A DNA stretch of 64,000 bases from Candidatus Poribacteria bacterium (GCA_965197475.1 CBDANF010000003.1:992001-1056000), one strand, 5' to 3'; numbered from the stretch's first letter, positions 50,267-60,685 are shown. A program made the numbers and translations. The notes: generated by a model not told the origin, from the sequence alone.

Positions 50267-51379
50267 TTACTCCGTGGCATCAGTTTTACCTCCTTCTTCA
50301 TAAGTTTTGGCGAGATACATTAAAGCCGATTGGCAATGTGCCTCCAATTCTTCCATTGCTACTGTTAATTTTTCCTCAGAATATGTATGGAGCTGAACCC
50401 TATTTTCCGTTACTGTGATATAAAGTTCCCGGTTTTGATTGAAATATTCAAGTTGCGTCGCTGTTTCTTTTTCAAGCGTATGCCCCTGCCATTCTTTCAA
50501 TACTTCTTTGATCGCCAAACCTTCAAAATTTTTATAGAGTGCTTTCGCAGGCAGCGTATCGGGAGAAGGTATAGGCTGTGACATTACTGGTGCAGGTTTA
50601 GCTGAAATCAACGAGGAAGAGTCAGCAACTTGCGGTGCTCCAACCTCTGAAAACGGTGGTTCTTCCACAATAGCCTCAGATAACAGGCTTGACAACTTTT
50701 CATCTTGGTATTCAGAATTTTCGATTTCAAAGACATCCGAGAGGATGTTTGTAGCATCAGATTGTTGCTCATTGATAAATGCTGGGTGTTCACTCAGAAG
50801 ACGTAGCGTTTGAATACCGATACCTTCAATTAATGGATGTTCAGCATAGATATCCGGCGGAACGACCTCAAAAAATGAACGTGTAACGAATACTACATCA
50901 ACCCGGTCACGATCTCCTATTCGTCTGAAACGATTTTCACAATTAGTTAATGCGGAAAACAGCGTTCGCATAAAATTTGGTGTAATTAGCCGCGGAAGAA
51001 CTTCTGTGCGGAACTTTTCACAGGTTTCATCTGAATCTTGTGATGGCGGCGGTATATCACTATTTTCGAGAAATTGTGTTTCCTCTCTTACATCTAAGGC
51101 TTCGGGTTCAGCATTTGCTGTAATTTTTATGTCGTTGAGAAATTTCACTACTTCAGTGTACATCAAGTCAAGATTGAAGTGGACCCTTTCAAGTTCTGGT
51201 TCTTCAAGCAAATCACGACTTCTCAAAAGGCACGTATGTAAACGCTCCTCGTCCATCTTCCCGTACGGCAGTCTCCGTTGCTTCTCAACCGCTAATTGTT
51301 TATGTTTAAATTTCCGGTCACGATTTCGTTTTTCCCGCTTGCGGGCAACATTCGCCGACCTACTTTTTTTCTTCGCCAT
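50267..51379 (-). CDS. Hypothetical protein with highly basic N-terminus
   Basis: 370-aa ORF, MAKKKSRS...RKREKRNRDRK; no family recognised. Confidence 0.7.
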   Translation of the reverse strand: MAKKKSRSANVARKREKRNRDRKFKHKQLAVEKQRRLPYGKMDEERLHTCLLRSRDLLEEPELERVHFNLDLMYTEVVKFLNDIKITANAEPEALDVREETQFLENSDIPPPSQDSDETCEKFRTEVLPRLITPNFMRTLFSALTNCENRFRRIGDRDRVDVVFVTRSFFEVVPPDIYAEHPLIEGIGIQTLRLLSEHPAFINEQQSDATNILSDVFEIENSEYQDEKLSSLLSEAIVEEPPFSEVGAPQVADSSSLISAKPAPVMSQPIPSPDTLPAKALYKNFEGLAIKEVLKEWQGHTLEKETATQLEYFNQNRELYITVTENRVQLHTYSEEKLTVAMEELEAHCQSALMYLAKTYEEGGKTDATE

Positions 51380-51835
51380 GGTAATATTGTTTATATTTGA
51401 TGGAGTTGTTACACATCACATCTTATGTAAAATGCAACAAACCCAAGGTTACATTATATATAAGTATACACAAACATTTTTTTTCTGTCAACTTTTAATT
51501 CTGTGGAGGCATTTTATAGGAGTGTAAAGTTTTGGTAAAAGACTGAATTCTTTTAAATAATTTGACAAACACACGCATATATGTTATGATTATTATCACA
51601 TAACGTTTATACGGTCAGATGTTGACCACAAATGTTGCAAGGTGAAACCAAAGGTGAGGCAAAAAAAAAGAAAATCACGTCCTAATCCTTGTACTGCTTG
51701 GCATTAGCACGTCCGTGGGACGTGCAAAACGTCCTAATTGAACACACAATATTGAAAAGTGTTGATATCTTTGACAATACACATCTTTACGTGCTTAATG
51801 ACAAAAACTTTACACACCCGCATTTTATATCTGAT

Positions 51836-51864
51836 TTGACAAACCCATCCTTCTATGATATTAT
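51836..51864 (+). promoter_or_regulatory. sigma70 promoter of tyrS
   Basis: TTGACA-17-TATTAT with TGn extension. Confidence 0.65.
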
Positions 51865-51903
51865 TAATAGCGGTAGAAAAATTCTTGGAAGGAACAATTT
51901 CCC

Positions 51904-53151
51904 ATGTCGAATGTCTTTGAAACGCTACAAGAACGCGGGTTCGTTCAACAGTGTACAAATGAAGAAAATATCTCCCGTTTGCTGTCTGGGAATCAGATAA
52001 TTTATTACATAGGGTTTGATCCAACAGCGGACAGCCTTCATGCAGGAAGCCTTGTGCCAATTATGGCGATGGCGCATTTGCAACGCGCGGGACATAAACC
52101 AATTGCAATTATCGGTGGTGGCACCACGATGATCGGCGACCCAACTGATAAAACAGAAATGCGTCCGATGATTTCTGCGGAGCAAGTAGAAAAAAATGGT
52201 GCAAGCATCCTCAAACAATTGCAACGTTACCTTGATTTAGATAATACAGCAGGACTATTTCTGAATAACGCTGAATGGTTACTTTCCCTGAATTATATCG
52301 AATTTCTTCGCGATATCGGTAAGCATTTTCGTGTCAATGAGATGATCCGCGTTGAGGGGTATCGGCAACGGCTTGAGCGTGAAATGGGACTCTCATTCCT
52401 TGAGTTTAATTACCAGTTGCTACAAGCGTACGATTACTTGTGCCTTTTCCAAAAATACGATTGTGTTCTCCAACTCGGTGGTGATGACCAGTGGGGAAAC
52501 ATCTTAGCTGGTGTTGATCTGGTGCGCCGAATAGAAGGCGAACGTGTTTATGGCCTGACTTTTCCACTACTCACAACAGCCGGTGGTGCAAAGATGGGGA
52601 AAACTGCGGATGGTGCTGTATGGCTTGATCCCAATCGAACATCCCCTTACGAATTTTACCAGTACTGGATTAACACTGATGACTGCGATGTTGAGCGGTT
52701 TTTGGCATATTTTACCTTTTTACCGATGGACGAGGTGCAGCGACTCGGCAGTTTAGAGCATGATGAGATACGGGAAGCAAAAGCAGTACTCGCATACGAA
52801 GCGACTAAACTTGCACACGGAAAAATTGAGGCAGACAAAGCACAAGAAACATCACGCGCTGCATTCGGCGGCAGCGGACTTGACCTTGATGCAATGCCGA
52901 CTACTGCTATCTCTACAGACCGACTTAACGCAGGTATCTCTATTATGGAGTTGTTTCATGAAGTTGGACTGACCACTTCAAAAAGCGAAGCGCGCCGCCT
53001 AATTCAACAGGGCGGGGCATATATAAATGAGAAGCAGTATAAGACTATAGATGTTATCGTTGGTACCGATCTGTTAGAAGAAGATACATTACTCCTCCGT
53101 GCTGGCAAAAAACGTTACCATCGTGTTGTGATTGAGGAAGTGAAAGAATAA
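51904..53151 (+). CDS. tyrS: Tyrosine--tRNA ligase
   Basis: GFDPTADSLHAG, QLGGDDQWGN, KMGKT, C-terminal S4 domain. Confidence 0.98.
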   Translation: MSNVFETLQERGFVQQCTNEENISRLLSGNQIIYYIGFDPTADSLHAGSLVPIMAMAHLQRAGHKPIAIIGGGTTMIGDPTDKTEMRPMISAEQVEKNGASILKQLQRYLDLDNTAGLFLNNAEWLLSLNYIEFLRDIGKHFRVNEMIRVEGYRQRLEREMGLSFLEFNYQLLQAYDYLCLFQKYDCVLQLGGDDQWGNILAGVDLVRRIEGERVYGLTFPLLTTAGGAKMGKTADGAVWLDPNRTSPYEFYQYWINTDDCDVERFLAYFTFLPMDEVQRLGSLEHDEIREAKAVLAYEATKLAHGKIEADKAQETSRAAFGGSGLDLDAMPTTAISTDRLNAGISIMELFHEVGLTTSKSEARRLIQQGGAYINEKQYKTIDVIVGTDLLEEDTLLLRAGKKRYHRVVIEEVKE

Positions 53152-53170
53152 TTTAGAGGAAGGAATTTTC

Positions 53171-54364
53171 ATGAAAACCGTCTTGAAAAAAGTCATAACG
53201 AGTCGAATTGTTATTTTAGCATTGATTAGCTGCCTGCTATTTATCGGATGCATGAGAGTTATTGACCAAATCACAGAAGAAAAAATTGATACTGACACGC
53301 AAGCAGAATTTGGTCCTGTCGCAGGAAATTCTCGCGTGCCATACACTCACCCGCCATTTCCTGAACCCTCGCTTGAAAAACTTGTTGTGGAACTAAAAGC
53401 GGAACTTGGTGTTCAAAATGGTGATATCCCTGTAGACGATGCTGCCATTGCAAGTGCACTTTATGATGCAAACTACCTGTTTTATACAGTAAACCTCCTG
53501 GGTGATCGTTTCACTTCTAAAGATATCGACGCATGGATAAAATATGGAGTTCACCCTTGGATAGAACGAAAAAAACGTGTCATTGCGAATCCCGAATTGC
53601 TTTGGACACCTGGCTTTATCCTACCACCTCATATTTCACTTCCTAACGATAGCACGGGGTATCCCTTAGGCAAGTTATATGACTACCGTGTTGAATATGG
53701 TGTTGATTTTCCAGTTTCAGAGGAACAGAAAAAAAGGATTTCTGCGATTCGAGATGAAATCCGTGCTAAAGAGAGTGCTGGGACGTTGACAGCGGAAGAG
53801 AGGAGACAACTCCTGAGAAAATCGCAATTAATTAATGTAGAACAAGCTGATGCGCTTACCGCCGCAAAATTTTTTCTGCAAGGAGTTAGTTTAAGCAGTA
53901 CAGGGTTGATTAGATTAGAGCTCTGTCGTGAATACGCTGAGCGCGCAATTCAAGAAAATCCTGATTCTGTAGAGGCACTCCACATCTGGGTGCTTTGTCA
54001 AGAAACAGTTGGACAACGTGAAACTGGATACCGCCGCATGCTTGACGAGTTCCCGAACTCTGCCATCGCGCATAGAGGACTTGCCTTACTCCTCTGTTTT
54101 GATTTATCACGCCCTGAGGAAGCACTTAACCATATCCAGAAAGCTATTCAACTTGACAGCCGCATTCTGCGCTATAATTATCTGCTGGCGAAATGTTATG
54201 GGAGAACCGGTGAATACGAAAAAGCACTGGCGGTTTACCAAGGTTTACCTATAATAATTGAGGCACAGATTCCCTATATCTCTGATTCTTTTATTAAATA
54301 CAGTGGAAAGGTTTACCAACTAAGGATGCAAAATAAAAATGGAAATACCATCACCTCTGAATAG
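53171..54364 (+). CDS. Lipoprotein with C-terminal TPR repeats
   Basis: Lipobox FIGC; AIQENPDS, EEALNHIQKAIQLD, YEKALAVY. Confidence 0.7.
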   Translation: MKTVLKKVITSRIVILALISCLLFIGCMRVIDQITEEKIDTDTQAEFGPVAGNSRVPYTHPPFPEPSLEKLVVELKAELGVQNGDIPVDDAAIASALYDANYLFYTVNLLGDRFTSKDIDAWIKYGVHPWIERKKRVIANPELLWTPGFILPPHISLPNDSTGYPLGKLYDYRVEYGVDFPVSEEQKKRISAIRDEIRAKESAGTLTAEERRQLLRKSQLINVEQADALTAAKFFLQGVSLSSTGLIRLELCREYAERAIQENPDSVEALHIWVLCQETVGQRETGYRRMLDEFPNSAIAHRGLALLLCFDLSRPEEALNHIQKAIQLDSRILRYNYLLAKCYGRTGEYEKALAVYQGLPIIIEAQIPYISDSFIKYSGKVYQLRMQNKNGNTITSE

Positions 54365-54506
54365 TAAGGGTTAGTTCCTCTGTCAATGTCAAGTATTGGG
54401 AGGATGGAAACGCATGTTTATAATGCGGAATGCTCACCAATTCTGTGTAAATCCGATAAGAAGTACAAGTTTCTATTGTCAAATCTAAAAAATATTGTCA
54501 AAAAAT

Positions 54507-54536
54507 TTGACATAATCTTATAAAGTGTGTTATCAT
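54507..54536 (+). promoter_or_regulatory. sigma70 promoter of the leader-aroF-leuA unit
   Basis: TTGACA-18-TATCAT with TGn extension. Confidence 0.55.
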
Positions 54537-54636
54537 ATTAAAAATATTTTTAATTTTTTAAACGTTTTGTTGTGAACAACGTAATTATAATGTAGGAAGA
54601 AAAGTTGGCAACTAAGGAATTTCAGGAACTATTGTG

Positions 54637-54786
54637 ATGCAGAAGCTTGAACACACTACTACCTTTACAGTACTGATGAGTGGAACACAGCCCGCTCTAT
54701 CATTTTTACGGGGAGATATTTTTGACCTTTGGGCGTTATTTACGCTCGGGTTGTACCCGTTTTTGTACTACGGCGGTAGGTGGTGA
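54637..54786 (+). CDS. Attenuator leader peptide, 49 aa (absent from the ORF track)
   Basis: AGGAA RBS; MQKLEHTTTFTVLMSGTQPALSFLRGDIFDLWALFTLGLYPFLYYGGRW*. Confidence 0.7.
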   Translation: MQKLEHTTTFTVLMSGTQPALSFLRGDIFDLWALFTLGLYPFLYYGGRW

Positions 54787-54875
54787 TAGTATGTAAGCAC
54801 TTATGAAAATGTATTAACCGATCTCATTCATCACCACCCAGCGTCGAGTATAATTCGATGTTGGGTTATTTTTTT
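54766..54875 (+). promoter_or_regulatory. Antiterminator/terminator of the aroF-leuA attenuator
   Basis: Terminator stem 54836-54866 plus U-tract. 54766-54787 pairs alternatively with 54830-54850. Confidence 0.75.
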
Positions 54876-54920
54876 ACTCATCATCAACATTGACTTGAAC
54901 AGAGTTATTGTCGGAGGAAA

Positions 54921-55946
54921 TTGAAAAACATGGTAATCCTTACCAAAATGGATGCAACACCCGATCAGATTGACGCAATAGTCAATAGGATTGAAGGTGT
55001 GGGGTTGAAAGCACAGATTTCAACTGGGGAGCAACGCACCGTCATCGGTGTTATAGGAGATAAAACATTGCTTGGCGACATTCCGATGGACTCAATGTCA
55101 GGCGTTGAAAGAACGATGCCGATCACTGCGCCATATAAATTAGCAAGCCGCCAGTTTCGAGAAGAACCCACAATCATCGCAGTCAACGACACGAAGATTG
55201 GTGGGCGAAAGTTAGCGGTTATGGCGGGACCGTGTGCAGTCGAGAGTACTGAACAGATTGTAACTATTGCGAAACAGGTGAAAAAAGCGGGAGCAGGTTT
55301 TATTAGAGGTGGTGCTTTTAAGCCTCGTACAGGTCCCTATAGTTTCCAAGGTTTCGGATTAGACGCACTAAAAATGCTGGTCACGGCAAAAGAAGAAACA
55401 GGCTTGGGCATTGTCACAGAAGTAATGACTCCCAATGAAGTTGATCTGGTTGGGGAACACACGGATGTCTTTCAACTTGGCACACGGAATATGACAAACT
55501 TCTATCTGTTGCGTGAAGTGGGTCGTGCAGGCAAACCAGTTATTCTTAAACGTGGGATGGCTTCAACAATTGAGGAGTGGTTGCTTGCTGCGGAATATAT
55601 TCTTTCTGAAGGAAATCCTGATGTGATTCTCTGTGAGCGCGGAATTCGCACCTTTGAAACCCACACGCGTAACACACTTGATCTTAATGCTGTTCCTGTT
55701 GTTCATGGATTAAGCCATCTGCCTATTGTCGTTGATCCGAGCCATGGTACTGGCATCCGAAGCCTTGTGAGCGATATGACAAAAGCATCCGTTGCCGCTG
55801 GCGCAGACGGACTTTTACTGGAAGTTCATCATGACCCAGATAATTCAATGACAGGTGATGGTGCACAGTCACTGTTTCCTGATCAATTTGATACACTGAT
55901 GCAAGAATTAAAACCGATTGCTATTGCTGTTGGTCGTGAAATATAA
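54921..55946 (+). CDS. aroF: DAHP synthase type I-beta with N-terminal regulatory domain
   Basis: [37 protein letters not shown]. Confidence 0.93.
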   Translation: MKNMVILTKMDATPDQIDAIVNRIEGVGLKAQISTGEQRTVIGVIGDKTLLGDIPMDSMSGVERTMPITAPYKLASRQFREEPTIIAVNDTKIGGRKLAVMAGPCAVESTEQIVTIAKQVKKAGAGFIRGGAFKPRTGPYSFQGFGLDALKMLVTAKEETGLGIVTEVMTPNEVDLVGEHTDVFQLGTRNMTNFYLLREVGRAGKPVILKRGMASTIEEWLLAAEYILSEGNPDVILCERGIRTFETHTRNTLDLNAVPVVHGLSHLPIVVDPSHGTGIRSLVSDMTKASVAAGADGLLLEVHHDPDNSMTGDGAQSLFPDQFDTLMQELKPIAIAVGREI

Positions 55947-56017
55947 GCAAAGAACTATTTAAAAATTTTGTTGTAAGGGACTAAATAATTTGCCCTGACA
56001 ACGATTGGGTAACCCTT

Positions 56018-57601
56018 TTGGAGGACACAACCGTGGACGATTTTGAATCTAACCAAGAAAAGGTCTATATTTTTGATACAACACTCCGTGATGCTGAACA
56101 AACGCCTGGTGCTGCGCTTGGCATTGGAGAAAAATTAGAGATTGCCAAACACCTTGCGAAACTAAATGTTGATGTCATTGAAGCGGGCTTCCCAATTTCG
56201 TCACCGGGTGATTTTGATGCTGTTCAACGGATAGCCCACGAGGTTAAGGGGCCCGAAATTTGCGCGCTTTCACGCGTTGTTGAAAAGGATATTACAGCGG
56301 CATGGAAAGCGATTCAGGATGCCCCTCGTGCTCGAATCCATACCTTTGTCGGTACATCTACAATCCACATGGAGCGTATTACTCGTACAACCCCTGAAAG
56401 AACATTGGAAATGGCTGTTGATGCGGTTGCTTATGCAAAAAGTTTATGTGCTGATCATCCTAATGCTACCGTTGAGTTTTCTCCGATGGACGCGGGTCGT
56501 ACAGAATTAGCATACCTTTACGAAGTGGTTGAAGCGACTATCGCAGCGGGTGCAAACGTAGTCAATATCCCAGAAACTGTTGGATGGACGGTACCTGCCG
56601 AATTTGGTAACCTCATTGCAGGCATCAAGGCGAATGTCGCGAATATTGATGATGCCGTTATTAGTGTTCACTGTCATAACGATTTGGGGTTAGCAGTAGC
56701 AAACAGTCTCATTGCGATTGAGCAGGGGGCGCGACAGGTTGAGTGTACTATCAATGGTCTTGGTGAACGCGCAGGTAACACCTCTCTTGAAGAGGTTGTG
56801 ATGGCGATCCGAACACGGCGCGATTACTTTAAAGGGTATTACACCGAGATAAATGCCAAAGAGATTGTTCCTATCAGCAGACGTGTGAGTAGGACTATGG
56901 GTATTCCGGTGCAACCGAATAAGGCTATTGTCGGTGAAAATGCTTTTGCACACAGTTCGGGGATACATCAGGATGGCATTATTAAGTCACGCGTAACCTT
57001 TGAAATCATTGATCCGAAAGAGATTGGATGGAAAGAGAGTCAACTAAAAGAGAGTCAACTAATTCTCAGTCCACGTTCTGGACGGAACGCCTTGCGGCAT
57101 CGTCTGAGTGAACTCGGATATGAGTTGGATAAGGAGCAGTTAGAGAAGGTTTACGAAAGATTCCTACGCGTTGCGGATAAGAAAAAAGCTGTTCATGATG
57201 CCGATCTTGAGGCGATTATGGCCGATGAAATCCGTGCAGTTCCTACTACCTTTGAACTTGACTACATTCAGGTTGTCAGTGGGACGAAGATTTCATCAAC
57301 AACCACTGTGGGTATCCAAACAGAAGAAGGGTTAGTTGAAAATGCCTCCACTGGCGATGGCCCTGTTGACGCAGCCTTTAAGGCGATCAATCAGATTGTC
57401 AAAATCAAACTGAATTTAATCGATTATCAGATTCGTTCTGTGACAGAAGGCGAAGATGCCATCGGTGAGGTGACTTTAAAGGTCCAAGATAATGGGCACA
57501 TCATCACAGGAAACGGTGCGAGCACTGACATCATTGAAGCGAGTGCTAAGGCATATATCCATGCTGTCAATAAACTGATTCATCTCCGCGCAGAAGGATA
57601 G
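56018..57601 (+). CDS. leuA: 2-isopropylmalate synthase
   Basis: FDTTLRDAEQ, HCHNDLG, GERAGN, HSSGIHQDG, GDGPVDA. The start may be GTG 56033. Confidence 0.92.
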   Translation: MEDTTVDDFESNQEKVYIFDTTLRDAEQTPGAALGIGEKLEIAKHLAKLNVDVIEAGFPISSPGDFDAVQRIAHEVKGPEICALSRVVEKDITAAWKAIQDAPRARIHTFVGTSTIHMERITRTTPERTLEMAVDAVAYAKSLCADHPNATVEFSPMDAGRTELAYLYEVVEATIAAGANVVNIPETVGWTVPAEFGNLIAGIKANVANIDDAVISVHCHNDLGLAVANSLIAIEQGARQVECTINGLGERAGNTSLEEVVMAIRTRRDYFKGYYTEINAKEIVPISRRVSRTMGIPVQPNKAIVGENAFAHSSGIHQDGIIKSRVTFEIIDPKEIGWKESQLKESQLILSPRSGRNALRHRLSELGYELDKEQLEKVYERFLRVADKKKAVHDADLEAIMADEIRAVPTTFELDYIQVVSGTKISSTTTVGIQTEEGLVENASTGDGPVDAAFKAINQIVKIKLNLIDYQIRSVTEGEDAIGEVTLKVQDNGHIITGNGASTDIIEASAKAYIHAVNKLIHLRAEG

Positions 57602-57675
57602 TATCCATAGCAAATTGGGTTCACCACTATTGAAAAGCGATTTTCAAGCAGGGCATGTCCTGTGTCCGCATAATG

Positions 57676-58662
57676 TCAACCTTCCTTTACGATCAAAAGT
57701 TCATGAGATCGCTTGACATGTCCTGTTCCATTTTCAATCCGATTCTTACCGATGCGAGTTTCACCCTGTCCTAAAGTGTACTGCCATTGGACCTCAAGAA
57801 TCCGAAAGTCAGCGTACCACTGCCGGATAGTCTTGCAATCGTTATACGAAAGGACGAAACCCTCTTTGTGCTCATGAAGCAGGTCGCGTAGCAATTCGTG
57901 GTTGAAGCCTTTGTGGTGAACGGGAAAATTCCGTTGCGGATAGATGCCACGGAACATTTCCCCTTCATCAAGATAATAGGGCGGGTCGCAATACAGAAAG
58001 TTATCTGAATGGATTGGAAGGGTGTCCTCAAATCTTCCGGGATAAACAGACAAGTCAGGACACCTGAAATTACGTACAGTTTGCAACGTTCGAATATATC
58101 TCTCTGGCGATTCATAAATCTTTGACATCCAGCCAAGAAAACCGGGACCATAAGAGAGATTGTGATTAAACCAATAATGTGCTGCTAATGCTAACGGATC
58201 AGGAATTAGCGTTTCACCATTCCAATGCGCTTTGAGCCGACTTTTAATCTCTGTATATTGGGTTTTTATAGGCTGCCACTGTTCAAGTCGTTCGGCAAGC
58301 GCACTACCCGATGAAAGTTGTACCTGCCAATAGTTTACGAGGATATCAAAGATGTCGTAAGCACAAACTTGTATGCCGAGTTCTTTCGCACAAGCAATTT
58401 CAACCGCACCTCCCCCCATAAACGGGGATACGAGTTTTTCCAGTCCATCCGGAAATTGCCCTACAATATGCCCAACCCCAAGACTTTTTCCACCAGCATA
58501 TCGTAGCGGCAACCCTCTATAACGTGCATATTTGTACTTGCCCCGACTTCTGAGGGAATCTAAAAATAAGGCTTTTGAAGATGTCCCAAAAAGGTCTGGT
58601 TGTGTTTCTGTTATCTTCCTTTCTTGCTGTGTCCCAAAAAGGTGAGAATCGGTTTTCGCCAT
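57676..58662 (-). CDS. Orphan Dam/D12-class N6-adenine DNA methyltransferase
   Basis: LRYAGGKS, SPFMGGG, YCDPPY, LSYND, ELLI. Confidence 0.88.
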   Translation of the reverse strand: MAKTDSHLFGTQQERKITETQPDLFGTSSKALFLDSLRSRGKYKYARYRGLPLRYAGGKSLGVGHIVGQFPDGLEKLVSPFMGGGAVEIACAKELGIQVCAYDIFDILVNYWQVQLSSGSALAERLEQWQPIKTQYTEIKSRLKAHWNGETLIPDPLALAAHYWFNHNLSYGPGFLGWMSKIYESPERYIRTLQTVRNFRCPDLSVYPGRFEDTLPIHSDNFLYCDPPYYLDEGEMFRGIYPQRNFPVHHKGFNHELLRDLLHEHKEGFVLSYNDCKTIRQWYADFRILEVQWQYTLGQGETRIGKNRIENGTGHVKRSHELLIVKEG

Positions 58663-58752
58663 TATATCCTATTGGTGCATACATGGATTGCATTCAACGA
58701 TGTATTTCACATCTAATTAGTTTGAATCTCGGTTCTACATATAAACCGATTC

Positions 58753-60240
58753 CTACCAATCTTCGACCAATTGCACTAACAACCGCACACCGTAGCCGGA
58801 TGCCCCTTCAGGAATATACGTAGACCCTTTCATTCCCCAAGCAGTGCCAGCAATGTCAAGATGAACCCACGGGTATCCCTCAGCGAACTTTTTCAAAAAC
58901 GCAGCACCTGCAATCGTTCCTGCAGTGCCATCCCCAATATTCTGCACATCGGCGATCTTGCTTTTGACACCATCATCATAATCATCCCAAAGCGGCAATT
59001 CCCAGACGCGTTCATGCGTTTTATCAGCGGCTTTCTTCACTTTTTCCATAAGAACGTCATCGGTTCCCAATGCACCGGCCGCGACATGTCCAAGGCAGGT
59101 AATCACTGCACCGGTGAGCGTAGCTAAATCGATAACACCTTTGGGCTCATACTGTGCTGTCCATCCAAGTGCATCAGCTAAAATTAATCTTCCTTCCGCA
59201 TCAGTATTGAGAATCTCAATTGTTTTTTCACCATAGGAGGTCACAACGTCCCCGGGTTTAATTGCGGTTGAACCCGGCATGTTCTCGGTTGTTGCAATAA
59301 TGCCGATGACGCGCACATTCGGTTTAAGGTGTCCGATAACTTGCATTGCACCTATAACTGCTGCAGCACCTGACATATCGTGTTTCATTTCATGCATGCC
59401 GCCTCCAGATTTAAGTGAGATTCCACCTGTATCAAAAGTAATCCCCTTTCCAACGAGAGCGACCGTATCTTGTCCTTCACCTTCAGGAGTGTATTCCAAA
59501 ATGATAAACCGCGGGTCTTCGGCACTGCCTTGCGCAACGGCTAACAAGGTGCGAAAACCTTTTTCCTCAAGCGTCGGCTTGTCAAAAACTGTGCAGTTGA
59601 GTCCCACCGCTGCTGCTACTTCTTCTGCTTTTTCAGCGAGTTGTGTCGGTGTGAGGTGATTTCCGGGCTGGTTGCTGAGATCGCGAGCGAGAATGGTCCC
59701 GTTAGCTATCGTTTGTCCGCGTTCAACAATACGTTCTATCAACGACTTTTCTGCTTCACTACCCACCAGAAAGAACATTGATTCAAGGGTTTTATTTTCG
59801 TCTTCACTATCGTCGTTTTGGGTTTTGTGCTGCTTGAACTCATAGAGCGAGAGTAGACTCGCTTCAACAGCTGCCTGTGCCCAATCGTCTTGTGTTTCGG
59901 GGGGAATGGGGACTGTGATAGATTTTAGTCCCATATCGCGGGTTTGGCGTGCAGTGTAGCCTGCAACCTGACGCACTTGTTCGGCGTTGAGTTTCTCATA
60001 TAACCCAAGTCCTACCAAGATGATCCGTGGCGACGTTATTGCACCGTTTGTATAAAGCACGCTGGTAGTCTTCGGTTTACCTTTGAAGTCTCCGAGATTC
60101 AAAAACGCTTGTATGCGTCCATCTAAAGCTGCATCAGCGGCTAAGAGTAGCTCATTATGGAAGTCATTTTCAAGCATAGGGATAAGCACTGCATCGGTTT
60201 CTGCTTGGCGAAAATCACCAGTTTCAACAGTAATGTTCAT
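58753..60240 (-). CDS. pepA: Leucyl aminopeptidase (M17)
   Basis: GKGITFDTGG, MKHDM, NTDAEGRL, DLATLTGA. Confidence 0.95.
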   Translation of the reverse strand: MNITVETGDFRQAETDAVLIPMLENDFHNELLLAADAALDGRIQAFLNLGDFKGKPKTTSVLYTNGAITSPRIILVGLGLYEKLNAEQVRQVAGYTARQTRDMGLKSITVPIPPETQDDWAQAAVEASLLSLYEFKQHKTQNDDSEDENKTLESMFFLVGSEAEKSLIERIVERGQTIANGTILARDLSNQPGNHLTPTQLAEKAEEVAAAVGLNCTVFDKPTLEEKGFRTLLAVAQGSAEDPRFIILEYTPEGEGQDTVALVGKGITFDTGGISLKSGGGMHEMKHDMSGAAAVIGAMQVIGHLKPNVRVIGIIATTENMPGSTAIKPGDVVTSYGEKTIEILNTDAEGRLILADALGWTAQYEPKGVIDLATLTGAVITCLGHVAAGALGTDDVLMEKVKKAADKTHERVWELPLWDDYDDGVKSKIADVQNIGDGTAGTIAGAAFLKKFAEGYPWVHLDIAGTAWGMKGSTYIPEGASGYGVRLLVQLVEDW

Positions 60241-60364
60241 AAATGATGTTCCTTTCTATTTAGTTCTCGGCAAGAATAGTTCTTGCTTTGGGTTGGCGTA
60301 AGCGGGTTGATTTTAAGATTTGGTCTCTTCTGGCTGCTGATAACTGACAGCAGACCGCAGACTG

Positions 60365-60673
60365 CTATTGAGGTTTTCGCATTCCTGTCAAAACGACGAG
60401 GGGTTCCGTGCTGGTGACGGTAATTGAATGGTAGGTATTCGCTGGAACATCAACGCGGTCGCCCCGTTTGACAGTGTCATGTGCATCTGCAACTTTCACA
60501 TCGGCTGTGCCAGATAGCACGCAAACGACTTCATCTTGAGTATGAATGTAATCAAGGTAAGCACCACCGGGACGACCTGTCCACTGATATGCGTCAAAAC
60601 CCTCGGATTGTAACTCCTCTTTTAAGACATCAACATCATCATTCTGCTCTAACCAACATGATTTCCATTTCAT
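60365..60673 (-). CDS. Cupin-domain protein
   Basis: H..DE...VLSG...GD...VPANTYH. Confidence 0.8.
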   Translation of the reverse strand: MKWKSCWLEQNDDVDVLKEELQSEGFDAYQWTGRPGGAYLDYIHTQDEVVCVLSGTADVKVADAHDTVKRGDRVDVPANTYHSITVTSTEPLVVLTGMRKPQ

Positions 60674-60685
60674 TAGATATTCTCC

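Noticed and set aside
51600-51900. T-box riboswitch upstream of tyrS
   Set aside because: No TGGNACC T-box motif or U-tailed terminator, and tyrS has a proximal promoter leaving only a ~35-nt UTR.
51689-52060. ORFs 51689-52000 (+) and 51734-52060 (-)
   Set aside because: They overlap tyrS and its promoter, with no RBS or recognisable motifs.
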